A DNA stretch of 64,000 nt, from sequence record OR644643.1. One strand, written 5' to 3'. The DNA comes from Klebsiella phage NU-KP11. This document shows, one piece after another, positions 9,099 through 17,201 of the stretch. The notes below the pieces were generated by a model, which saw only the letters and a program-made list of their open reading frames with translations, searched no databases and was not told where the DNA came from. The number at the start of each line of letters is the position of its first letter. The stretch's first letter is position 1. A program made the position numbers and the translations under genes.

Positions 9099-10256
9099 AT
9101 GTCAAACAAAGCACTACTAAAAAAACTGATCAAAAACTCGAATAGCCAAACTGCATCTGTACTTTCTGAAAGCGACGTATTCAACAATATTACCATCACG
9201 CGAACCCGTGTGCCGATTCTGAATCTGGCGTTGTCCGGTGCGTTTAACGGTGGCCTAACTTCTGGTCTTACCCTTTTCGCTGGCCCGTCCAAACACTTCA
9301 AATCCAACTTGGGTTTGCTGACTGTAGCGGCTTATCTCAAAACGTATGAAGATGCTGTGTGCCTGTTCTACGATTCAGAAAAAGGTGTTACTAAATCCTA
9401 TCTGAAATCAATGGGTGTTGATCCGGATCGTGTTGTGTATACTCGTATCACGACGGTCGAGCAGTTGCGTAATGACGTTGTAAGCCAGCTTAACGCGCTT
9501 GAACGCGGTGATAAGGTGATTGTATTCGTTGACTCAGTAGGCAACACGGCAAGTAAAAAAGAACTTGCTGACGCGCTGTCTGATAACGATAAACAGGATA
9601 TGACGCGAGCAAAAGCATTAAAAGGTATGTTCCGTATGGTTACGCCTTATCTGGCTGACCTGGATATCCCGATGGTTTGTATCTGTCATACCTATGACAC
9701 ACAAGAAATGTACAGCAAGAAAGTTATTTCCGGTGGTACTGGTTTAATGTATTCCGCTGATACTGCGATCATCCTGGGTAAACAACAGGTGAAAGAAGGT
9801 ACTGAGGTAGTGGGTTATGATTTCATCATGAACATCGAAAAATCTCGATTCGTGAAAGAGAAATCAAAATTCCCGCTGCATGTTACCTATGAAGGCGGTA
9901 TTAGTATGTATTCTGGCCTTCTGGATCTGGCAATGGAAATGAACTTTGTACAGACCGTAACCAAAGGCTGGCGCAACCGTGCTTTCCTGAATACCGAGAC
10001 TGGCGAACTCGAAGTTGAAGAAAAGAAATGGCGTGAGTCAGAAACAAATAGCGTTGAATTCTGGCGTCCTCTGTTTACTCATCAACCATTCTTGAAAGCT
10101 ATCGAAGAAAAGTATAAGATCCCTGATCGTGAAATCAGTGATGGTTCCGCGCTGGAAGATTTATACAGCACTGATAGCATCCCAGATCCTGATCTGGATG
10201 ATGACGATATCCCAGAATCATTTGATGATATCGAAGAAGACAACGAAATTTTATAA
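9099..10256 (+). CDS. uvsX: UvsX RecA-like recombinase
   Basis: 385 aa. PILNLALSGAFNGGLTSGLTLFAGPSKHFKSN, CLFYDSE, ICHTYDTQEMYSK and GGTGLMYSADT match T4 UvsX. Confidence 0.95.
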   Translation: MSNKALLKKLIKNSNSQTASVLSESDVFNNITITRTRVPILNLALSGAFNGGLTSGLTLFAGPSKHFKSNLGLLTVAAYLKTYEDAVCLFYDSEKGVTKSYLKSMGVDPDRVVYTRITTVEQLRNDVVSQLNALERGDKVIVFVDSVGNTASKKELADALSDNDKQDMTRAKALKGMFRMVTPYLADLDIPMVCICHTYDTQEMYSKKVISGGTGLMYSADTAIILGKQQVKEGTEVVGYDFIMNIEKSRFVKEKSKFPLHVTYEGGISMYSGLLDLAMEMNFVQTVTKGWRNRAFLNTETGELEVEEKKWRESETNSVEFWRPLFTHQPFLKAIEEKYKIPDREISDGSALEDLYSTDSIPDPDLDDDDIPESFDDIEEDNEIL

Positions 10257-10259
10257 AAT

Positions 10260-10277
10260 ATGGGGCTTCGGCCCCAT
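10260..10277 (+). terminator. hairpin after uvsX
   Basis: atggggcttcggccccat. Confidence 0.5.
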
Positions 10278-10291
10278 AACCGAGGCAATGT

Positions 10292-10612
10292 ATGGATATC
10301 GAGAGCAAAGCAAAGAATTATATTGATGAAGCGATGAAAGATGTTATTCAGGAACTTCTGATTAACGATGAAAAAGGTGTTGCGCATCTGGTTTATATTC
10401 ATAAGGTGTTTTGGGATCATGGTCTGAAAGTAGAATTCAGTACCCCAGACGAAGACAAAGAAGCGTTGATCCCGCTGGTGCATGATGCAATTTATGCACA
10501 GATTAAAGAGCTTGAAAAGGGTTCAGTTGTCCCAAAGCCTAAGCTGACATTATGGGATGTATTCAAACAAAAGGTTTACAACTTTTTCATGATGTTCAGC
10601 AACCTGGTATAA
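10292..10612 (+). CDS. hypothetical protein (106 aa) in the gene-40 position between uvsX and 41
   Basis: ORF with an RBS gaggcaatgt. I could not confirm homology to T4 gp40 from memory. Confidence 0.5.
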   Translation: MDIESKAKNYIDEAMKDVIQELLINDEKGVAHLVYIHKVFWDHGLKVEFSTPDEDKEALIPLVHDAIYAQIKELEKGSVVPKPKLTLWDVFKQKVYNFFMMFSNLV

Positions 10613-10621
10613 GGCAATACA

Positions 10622-12058
10622 ATGATCGTTGATACAATATTTTCTAACCTGATTTATAACGGGACATATTTTGTCCAAGCATGGCCCCATCTGAAAAAGG
10701 AATATTTCGAAGGCAATGCACAAGTTTTGTTTGACCTCATTGATAAACATGTACAGGAATTCAACGGCATTCCGTCAAAAACTGCTTTAGAGGTTGCGCT
10801 TGACAAACGAAATCTAAGTGATGTAGTCTACGAAGACACGAAAAAGGCGATTCAGTCGCTGAAAAATGCGCCAGAAGATTTAGATTGGCTAATGAAGGAA
10901 ACGGAAACATATTGCAAAGATAAAGCAATGTATCGTGCTCTTTCTCGTGCAATCGAAATCCAGGCGAACGCAGAAAAACCACTGGCAGAACAAAACAAGA
11001 AACTTCCTGGTGTTGGGGCTATCCCTGAAATCATGGAGGAAGCATTAGCAATTTCATTCGATAGTTCAGTAGGTCATGACTATTTCGAAGATTATGAAAA
11101 ACGGTGGATGCTTTACCAATCGAAGGCGATGAAAATTCCGTTTGGTATCCCGATCCTGAACGCAATCACCAAAGGCGGCGCGGAACGTGGTACACTGAAT
11201 ATCATCATGGCTGGTGTTAACGTTGGTAAATCACTGGGCTTATGTTCTCTTGCGGCTGATTATCTGCAACAGGGTAAAAACGTTCTTTACATTTCTATGG
11301 AAATGGCAGAGCATGTTTGCTCTAAGCGTATCGATGCTAACCTTCTTGATGTGACTATGGATGACATCGACGAAGGGAACATTACATACGCAGACTATAA
11401 GAACAAAATGGAGCGCCTTAAAGCGGGTAAGGTTGGGCGTTTGGTGGTCAAGCAGTACCCTACATCGGGTGCGGGTGCAAACCACTTTAGAGCGCTTGTG
11501 AAAGAGCTTAAATTGAAGAAACAGTTTGTGCCGGATGTGATCATTGTCGATTACCTGGGGATCTGTACTTCAACCCGCGTTAAAGGTGCTGAAAATACCT
11601 ATATTCTGGTTAAAGCAATTGCCGAAGAACTACGCGGTCTTGCTGTTGAAACTAATACCGTAATGTGGACAGGCGCACAGGTTGGGCGTTCTGCATGGGA
11701 TAGTTCGGATGTGAGTATGGGTGATGTTGCGGAATCCGCTGGTTTACCTGCTACGGCTGATTTTATGTTAGCTGTAATCGAGACGGAAGAGTTAGCTGAT
11801 CAGGGTATGCAACTGTTCAAGCAAATCAAATCCCGTTATGGCGATAAGAACACTTTCAACAAGTTCAAGTTGGAAGTTCGCAAGGGTAATCAGCGCTGGA
11901 TGGATACCGACAACAGCGAATACGGGTTTAAATCTGACTACCACGGCAACACTATGCCTAAAACAGTAGAACAGACACAAGGCCCGATGATTAAACAGGC
12001 TGAATCTACCAGACGTGAAAAAATGGCACAGATTGCAAAATCTGACATTCAATTTTAA
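10622..12058 (+). CDS. 41: replicative DNA helicase gp41 (DnaB-like)
   Basis: 478 aa. Walker A GVNVGKS and Walker B IIVDYLG. Position uvsX-40-41 as in T4. Confidence 0.92.
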   Translation: MIVDTIFSNLIYNGTYFVQAWPHLKKEYFEGNAQVLFDLIDKHVQEFNGIPSKTALEVALDKRNLSDVVYEDTKKAIQSLKNAPEDLDWLMKETETYCKDKAMYRALSRAIEIQANAEKPLAEQNKKLPGVGAIPEIMEEALAISFDSSVGHDYFEDYEKRWMLYQSKAMKIPFGIPILNAITKGGAERGTLNIIMAGVNVGKSLGLCSLAADYLQQGKNVLYISMEMAEHVCSKRIDANLLDVTMDDIDEGNITYADYKNKMERLKAGKVGRLVVKQYPTSGAGANHFRALVKELKLKKQFVPDVIIVDYLGICTSTRVKGAENTYILVKAIAEELRGLAVETNTVMWTGAQVGRSAWDSSDVSMGDVAESAGLPATADFMLAVIETEELADQGMQLFKQIKSRYGDKNTFNKFKLEVRKGNQRWMDTDNSEYGFKSDYHGNTMPKTVEQTQGPMIKQAESTRREKMAQIAKSDIQF

Positions 12059-12063
12059 TTGAC

Positions 12064-12080
12064 TGGGGCGAATAGCCCCA
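12064..12080 (+). terminator. hairpin after gene 41
   Basis: tggggcgaatagcccca. Confidence 0.45.
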
Positions 12081-12101
12081 TAAAGAATGTAAGGTAATGA
12101 A

Positions 12102-12371
12102 ATGACTAAGACTATAACGATTCCGATTCCGGCTATCAAACTGCTGACTGGACTAACTCTGATTTTTGCAGCCGCTAAAGTGTTTGGCTTCTCGCAAATG
12201 TCATGGTTCTGGGTTCTCTTCCCAGTTCTATTACCCGTCTACATTGTTGTAGGCGTTGTGTTGGTGGGTATTGCGATCTATCTGCTGTTCTCACTGATTT
12301 CCAGTGACAAGGCCGAAGATATGTATCGCTGGGTAAAAGCCAAATACGAAAAATTTTTCAAAAAATCGTAA
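12102..12371 (+). CDS. small membrane protein (2 predicted TM helices)
   Basis: 89 aa with hydrophobic segments LLTGLTLIFAAA and VLFPVLLPVYIVVGVVLVGIAIYLLF. Confidence 0.55.
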   Translation: MTKTITIPIPAIKLLTGLTLIFAAAKVFGFSQMSWFWVLFPVLLPVYIVVGVVLVGIAIYLLFSLISSDKAEDMYRWVKAKYEKFFKKS

Positions 12372-12450
12372 AAAGGTATTGACCTGAATCTCCATTGTGG
12401 TAATATAACTCACGTAGACAAGATACTGAGTTAAACAAAGGAGATTCAAA

Positions 12451-12705
12451 ATGAACGTATTCAACAACCCTTACAACGAAATGCTGAACCCGAATGTTGA
12501 TTTCAGCGATGGTTATTTTGACGCAATCGTAAACAGCATCAAAAACAAAGGTTTACTGTTAGCGATGCTGGAAAAAGGTAAAGATGACGTTGAAGGAAGT
12601 GTTGATTTCCTCTGGAACTTCCTCCCTATCGAACCTGGTTTCAAAGTTGGTTGTAATGAGGAACAAGCGAAAAACGTTCTTCGGTATCTCATCAATAACG
12701 CATAA
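12451..12705 (+). CDS. hypothetical acidic protein (84 aa)
   Basis: Preceded by an extended -10 promoter (ttgacc...tggtaatat) and an RBS aaaggagattcaaa. Confidence 0.55.
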   Translation: MNVFNNPYNEMLNPNVDFSDGYFDAIVNSIKNKGLLLAMLEKGKDDVEGSVDFLWNFLPIEPGFKVGCNEEQAKNVLRYLINNA

Positions 12706-12711
12706 AAAATT

Positions 12712-12733
12712 AAGCCCCGAAAGGGGCTTTTTT
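12712..12733 (+). terminator. rho-independent terminator
   Basis: aagccccgaaaggggctttttt. Confidence 0.7.
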
Positions 12734-12797
12734 GTATCTGTAGGTATTGCATTCTTTCGCAAAAGATGATACCTTAATCATAACAAAGGAGGACATT

Positions 12798-13034
12798 ATG
12801 AAAATCGCATTCGTTATCACTTTCTTACTTGCAGCACTCAACATCGTAACTGGTAATTCTTTTAGTTGGTGGGTGGTGGCAATGCCTTACATTTTCGTGT
12901 ATAGCAAAATCATGGTGATTGCTGGCGTGAATCTTGTCCTTGCTATCTTACTATTTGTATTCGCCGCCCTGAATGGTGAAGCAGGTTCTACCTGGAAAGC
13001 CATGAAAGAGGGTGTTAAAGAGGGTTTGAAATGA
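12798..13034 (+). CDS. small membrane protein (78 aa, 2 TM)
   Basis: RBS aaggagg 7 nt before the ATG at 12798. Hydrophobic IAFVITFLLAALNIV and IMVIAGVNLVLAILLFVFAAL. Confidence 0.6.
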   Translation: MKIAFVITFLLAALNIVTGNSFSWWVVAMPYIFVYSKIMVIAGVNLVLAILLFVFAALNGEAGSTWKAMKEGVKEGLK

Positions 13035-13420
13035 ATATTGATTTTTGTAAGGCTGAAATAAAAGCGGATATGGACGAAAAAGAACCGAAGTTCGATAGTC
13101 CTCACAGTTCGCGCTGGATCGTAGCTGTTGACGATGAAGGTTATGTTACGGTATTATCTCGACCATTCATTCATGATGCATTCTTTGAATGTGGACGCAG
13201 CGCGGAAGATATCGGGCTTCCTGATTCTATCGAAATGCCTCCGGGTGTGTATGAATGGATCTGTGGTTTTGAACAAACTACTGACTGGGAAACCGGATAC
13301 GTGGACGGATGGGAATTCTATCCGAATGAAACAACATTATTGTATAGCTGGGACAATGGCAAAGTTAACGAAAGCGGAAACCAAGAAGCACAATCAGATA
13401 ATGGATCTGGTTCACTCTGA
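13031..13420 (+). CDS. hypothetical protein (129 aa)
   Basis: ORF whose ATGA start overlaps the upstream stop. Its C-terminal end overlaps the methyltransferase start. Confidence 0.5.
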   Translation: MNIDFCKAEIKADMDEKEPKFDSPHSSRWIVAVDDEGYVTVLSRPFIHDAFFECGRSAEDIGLPDSIEMPPGVYEWICGFEQTTDWETGYVDGWEFYPNETTLLYSWDNGKVNESGNQEAQSDNGSGSL

Positions 13421-14132
13421 CAAAGCGCTAACTTACGAAGAGAAGTTGTTCATCATTGAAAACTTTCATGAAGGCGCGTTTACAAATAATTCCGAATTAG
13501 GGGCGTTCTTTACCCCTATTGGACTTGCTCGCGATTTCACAATCGATGCTTGCACAGGTGGAAGTGTTATTGACCTGTGTGCTGGTATCGGTGGGTTATC
13601 TTTCGCTATGGTTCATTACATGATGTACAATACACCGCGTGAAATCGTCTGTGTTGAGTTAAATCACACATACTATGAGTTAGGTAAGCGTATCGTACCA
13701 GAAGCCTCCTGGGTGCATGGAGACGCCTTAACAACTGAATTTAATCAGGTGTTTGATATGGCGATCAGTAACCCGCCTTTTGGTAAAATCAAAACCTCTG
13801 ATTTTAAGGGTAAGTATACAGGGGCAGAATTTGAGTATAAAGTAATCGAACGTGCATCACAGATCGCGCGTCAGGGAACTTTTATAATCCCTCAAATGTC
13901 TGCAAATTTCCGGTATTCGAAAGCCCATTGTTTCCGACAAGATGACAGCACAACATCAAGTAAATGTAAAAAGTTTCTTGATGAAACTGGCCTTGTTATG
14001 AATCCTGGATGCGGTATAGATACTGGGTATTACCTGGAGGATTGGAAAGGGGTTAAACCACTATGCGAGGTTGTTTGTATGGAGTTTGAACCCGAAACCA
14101 AATCTGATTTATTCACTTTCACAATAGAGTAA
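13356..14132 (+). CDS. N6-adenine DNA methyltransferase, NPPF type (motif I then motif IV; gamma-class-like), orphan
   Basis: Motif I VIDLCAGIGGLS and motif IV ISNPPFGKIK. The start is uncertain: ATG 13356 or 13401. The track ORF begins at 13128, but its first 76 codons overlap the upstream gene. Confidence 0.75.
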   Translation: MAKLTKAETKKHNQIMDLVHSDKALTYEEKLFIIENFHEGAFTNNSELGAFFTPIGLARDFTIDACTGGSVIDLCAGIGGLSFAMVHYMMYNTPREIVCVELNHTYYELGKRIVPEASWVHGDALTTEFNQVFDMAISNPPFGKIKTSDFKGKYTGAEFEYKVIERASQIARQGTFIIPQMSANFRYSKAHCFRQDDSTTSSKCKKFLDETGLVMNPGCGIDTGYYLEDWKGVKPLCEVVCMEFEPETKSDLFTFTIE

Positions 14133-14137
14133 TAATC

Positions 14138-14626
14138 ATGAGTGATCAATTAGTTAAAAATATGGATTTAACATATAGCGTCCGGATGATCCGGCTACTC
14201 AAAAAGCCCTGGACTGAATGGACTGCTTACAAACTGGGGATCCTTGATGGACAAGGCGAAGTAATTCGCAACCCCAAAACAAAAGAAGAGTTAGAAGCGT
14301 ATTCTCCTTTTCATCGTTCAGTACGCCATATCAAGCGTAGAATGAATTCTGTTCCGTATATGACTGGGTTTATGAACCTAACCAGTTCATATGATACCCT
14401 ACGCAATCGCTACAATCTGACAGAACAAGAGCATGAAGAAATCATGTTGAACGTTCCACGCCTCAAAGAATATTATGATAAGGGGCGCATGTTAGAGGAT
14501 ATGGTCGCGGGTGATTCTGGCGGCGATACAGAAAAGATTGCTTCTGGTGTGACTACTGGAGCAGTAACCAACATCGGGCCGAAAGTATTAGGCGTTACCC
14601 GTGCAGGGAAAAGGAAAAAGAAATGA
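14138..14626 (+). CDS. hypothetical protein (162 aa), basic C-terminus
   Basis: ORF directly downstream of the MTase. No family recognised. Confidence 0.5.
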   Translation: MSDQLVKNMDLTYSVRMIRLLKKPWTEWTAYKLGILDGQGEVIRNPKTKEELEAYSPFHRSVRHIKRRMNSVPYMTGFMNLTSSYDTLRNRYNLTEQEHEEIMLNVPRLKEYYDKGRMLEDMVAGDSGGDTEKIASGVTTGAVTNIGPKVLGVTRAGKRKKK

Positions 14627-14841
14627 TAATTCCTCCGCTGAATATCACTATCTGGGCTACTGCTAACGATTATACATGGTTTCCAATTTGTATCATGTAT
14701 ATGAGTGACAACGCGACCGTTTATCAGAATCGTCGAAAAGGTTCTGATAAAATTGATATTGCAATAAATTATTCGTTTAAACAGGCATTTCGTGGTTGGA
14801 AGTTAATGCTTGACGGAACAGAAAAGCAAGTAAGTTCTTGA
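14623..14841 (+). CDS. hypothetical small protein (72 aa), weak
   Basis: ORF with an ATGA overlap. Low-complexity composition, so it may be non-coding. Confidence 0.3.
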   Translation: MIIPPLNITIWATANDYTWFPICIMYMSDNATVYQNRRKGSDKIDIAINYSFKQAFRGWKLMLDGTEKQVSS

Positions 14842-14866
14842 CAGAAAAATCCTCTTAGTCTATGAT
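14838..14866 (+). promoter_or_regulatory. sigma70-like promoter upstream of DksA-like gene
   Basis: TTGACA, 17 nt, TATGAT. Confidence 0.55.
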
Positions 14867-14896
14867 ATTGAAATCATTTGATTAGGAGGATTTACA

Positions 14897-15157
14897 ATGG
14901 CGGTTGGATTTGGCCCTGCTGACGGTGTTCAAGATACCATTCAGGCAACAATAGACAATGCGATAGATTTTGCACGTTCTCAAATCAGAAACGGAGAATC
15001 ATTAACGCATTGTTTTGATTGTGGGGATCCGATACCCGAAAAGCGTAGGGCTATCGTGAAGGGTTGCCGTTATTGTATTGAATGCCAAAAAGAACATGAC
15101 GAAATGATCAGCGCCGGGTATAATCGACGAGGATCGAAAGATAGTCAACTGAGGTAG
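14897..15157 (+). CDS. DksA/TraR-family C4 zinc-finger protein
   Basis: 86 aa. CFDCGDPIPEKRRAIVKGCRYCIECQ is the typical TraR/DksA C4 finger. Preceded by the promoter TTGACA-17-TATGAT and an RBS aggagg. Confidence 0.7.
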   Translation: MAVGFGPADGVQDTIQATIDNAIDFARSQIRNGESLTHCFDCGDPIPEKRRAIVKGCRYCIECQKEHDEMISAGYNRRGSKDSQLR

Positions 15158-15159
15158 AA

Positions 15160-16185
15160 ATGTATCTTGATATAGAATTTGCAACCCGAATTATGGGATC
15201 ATTGCCTCAAAGCGAAATCGTTCGTAAATCAGGGGCATTAAGCATCAATGCGCGTTGCCCTATTTGCGGCGACTCAATGAAAGACAAGTACAAAAAACGA
15301 TTTTGGATCTACCCTTCCAAAAAGGGCGATCACATGAATTGTGGTTGTTTTAACTGTGGTTATGGTGTACCGTTTAGCGTATTCCTGAAAGAATATTATC
15401 CAGATGATTACCGTGATTATCTCATGGAATCGTTTAAGGATCGCAATTCGTTAAAGCCAACACATACAGAACAACCGAAGGAAGAGAAGAAATTTATTCC
15501 TACTCTTCAATTCTGCGAAAGGTTAGATACCTTGCCGGATGAACATCCGATCATAAAATATGTGCAAAATCGTTGTATTCCCCGTGACAAGTGGGATCGG
15601 TTGTGGTTTACTCGCGAATGGCAACAACTGGTTAATACTGTGAATCCGGATACCTATCCGATTGCAAAACCAGAACCGAGATTAGTGATCCCTATCTTCG
15701 ATAAGAAAGGTAAAATAGAATCTTTCCAGGGCCGTGCTTTACGTGATGGTGCTAAGTCGAAATATATCACAATCAAAGCCTGTGAGGAATCAACTAAGAT
15801 TTACGGACAGGATACGATAGATCCGCTAAAAACGGTTTATCTTCTTGAGGGGCCATTAGATAGCCTGTTTGTTGATAATGCTGGCGCTATCACTGGTGGA
15901 CAGCTTGCACTTTCTGAGGTTCCGTATAAAAATATGCGTGTCTGGGTTCTTGACAATGAAGCACGTCATCCGGATACTACTCACCGCCTCTTTAAATTGA
16001 TTGAGGCTGGAGAAAAGGTTGTAATGTGGGATAAATGCCCGTGGCCTTCCAAAGATATCAACGAAATGATAAAAACGGACGGCGCAACTAAACTTGAAAT
16101 TATGCAGTATTTGAAAGATAATACTGTTTCTGGACTCACGGCAAAACTTCGATTTAAGTCGTGGGACAAATCACCGAAAAAATGA
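15160..16185 (+). CDS. 61: DNA primase gp61
   Basis: 341 aa. N-terminal zinc ribbon CPICGDS...CFNCG and TOPRIM-like LLEGPLDSLF...VLDNEA. Position 41...61-56 as in T4. Confidence 0.88.
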   Translation: MYLDIEFATRIMGSLPQSEIVRKSGALSINARCPICGDSMKDKYKKRFWIYPSKKGDHMNCGCFNCGYGVPFSVFLKEYYPDDYRDYLMESFKDRNSLKPTHTEQPKEEKKFIPTLQFCERLDTLPDEHPIIKYVQNRCIPRDKWDRLWFTREWQQLVNTVNPDTYPIAKPEPRLVIPIFDKKGKIESFQGRALRDGAKSKYITIKACEESTKIYGQDTIDPLKTVYLLEGPLDSLFVDNAGAITGGQLALSEVPYKNMRVWVLDNEARHPDTTHRLFKLIEAGEKVVMWDKCPWPSKDINEMIKTDGATKLEIMQYLKDNTVSGLTAKLRFKSWDKSPKK

Positions 16186-16192
16186 GATTGAT

Positions 16193-16729
16193 ATGACTAC
16201 TGATAAAACTCCTGTATTTAATTCATGTGCGCACCTGGTTAACCCGGAAGATCTGGAATTTGTAGATTCCGAATATCAAAAGATTCTGGCCCGTAATGGT
16301 GATCCTTTACAATCCATGCTGGATTTACAAAACCATGCACAACAAAGCCTGTCTGATACCCTGCATTGGGTTCCGCGTCCGGATAATCTGGAAACTTGTG
16401 GAGAAATCCTTGATTGGCTGAAACTGCAAGACGACGCGATCGCCGATGAAACCCGCGAATTGTATACCGCTCTGGGTGGAATGTCTCGCGGTGTTAAACC
16501 TGCTTCCGGTGTTTGGAAACCGTGGAAAGCAAATCACCAGGAATTGCGCAATACTAAATTTGCGGATCTGAGTGAAGAGGATCGTTTAGAAGTTCTGTTT
16601 GAACTTATCGATCAGTGGCATTTCTTTATGTGCAAATTCCTGGCGCTGGGTATGGATGCGGAAACCATATACAAACTGTATGCACTGAAACAAGCCGAAA
16701 ACCTCCGCCGTTGGGCTAACAACTACTAA
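16193..16729 (+). CDS. 56: dCTPase/dUTPase gp56 (MazG-like)
   Basis: 178 aa. CAHL, DPLQSMLDLQ, GMSRGVKPASGVWKPWKA and DQWHFFMCKFLALGMDAETIYKLYALKQAENLRR align with T4 gp56. Confidence 0.9.
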   Translation: MTTDKTPVFNSCAHLVNPEDLEFVDSEYQKILARNGDPLQSMLDLQNHAQQSLSDTLHWVPRPDNLETCGEILDWLKLQDDAIADETRELYTALGGMSRGVKPASGVWKPWKANHQELRNTKFADLSEEDRLEVLFELIDQWHFFMCKFLALGMDAETIYKLYALKQAENLRRWANNY

Positions 16730-16914
16730 TGGATCCGATCATCGCGCTATTAGCTGTTGGGGTTCTTTCTTATGGTGTTTGCGCGATGATCACATATCTT
16801 TTCGGTTGGTGTGTGTTTCACGTAAATGGCGTTGAAAGAAAACTTTTACTGATTATACTATCAGTGTTTTGGTTTGTTGGAATATTCTACGTTTGTTATG
16901 AGGGGCGAGAATGA
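16729..16914 (+). CDS. small membrane protein (61 aa)
   Basis: Two hydrophobic segments. ATGA overlap with gene 56. Confidence 0.5.
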   Translation: MDPIIALLAVGVLSYGVCAMITYLFGWCVFHVNGVERKLLLIILSVFWFVGIFYVCYEGRE

Positions 16915-17201
16915 TTACAAAATATTATATCGTCGTTAGTAAGGATAAAGACGGGTTTAAAATCCCCTTCATTAAGGAGGGAGAGTTAACACCTTTGTTG
17001 TTTCTATCTCCGGACGATGCTAACGAGTATAAAAATTCGATTATCAAAGAATATAATGATAAGATGAATCCAGTTAAACAAAGTGGTCTTAGCCGATTCT
17101 TTCGAAAGGAAGAAGTGGAAACCGTAACCGAAAAGAAAAAGAAAGATATGCGTTGGTTTATTGAACACGCAAGTATTCAAGGGGTATTGATTAAAGTATG
17201 A
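16911..17201 (+). CDS. hypothetical protein (96 aa)
   Basis: ORF with an ATGA overlap. Confidence 0.5.
   Translation: MITKYYIVVSKDKDGFKIPFIKEGELTPLLFLSPDDANEYKNSIIKEYNDKMNPVKQSGLSRFFRKEEVETVTEKKKKDMRWFIEHASIQGVLIKV

Noticed and set aside
13128-13355. N-terminal 76 codons of the track ORF for the methyltransferase
   Set aside because: This stretch overlaps the upstream 129-aa gene in another frame and lacks MTase motifs. The MTase most likely starts at ATG 13356 or 13401.
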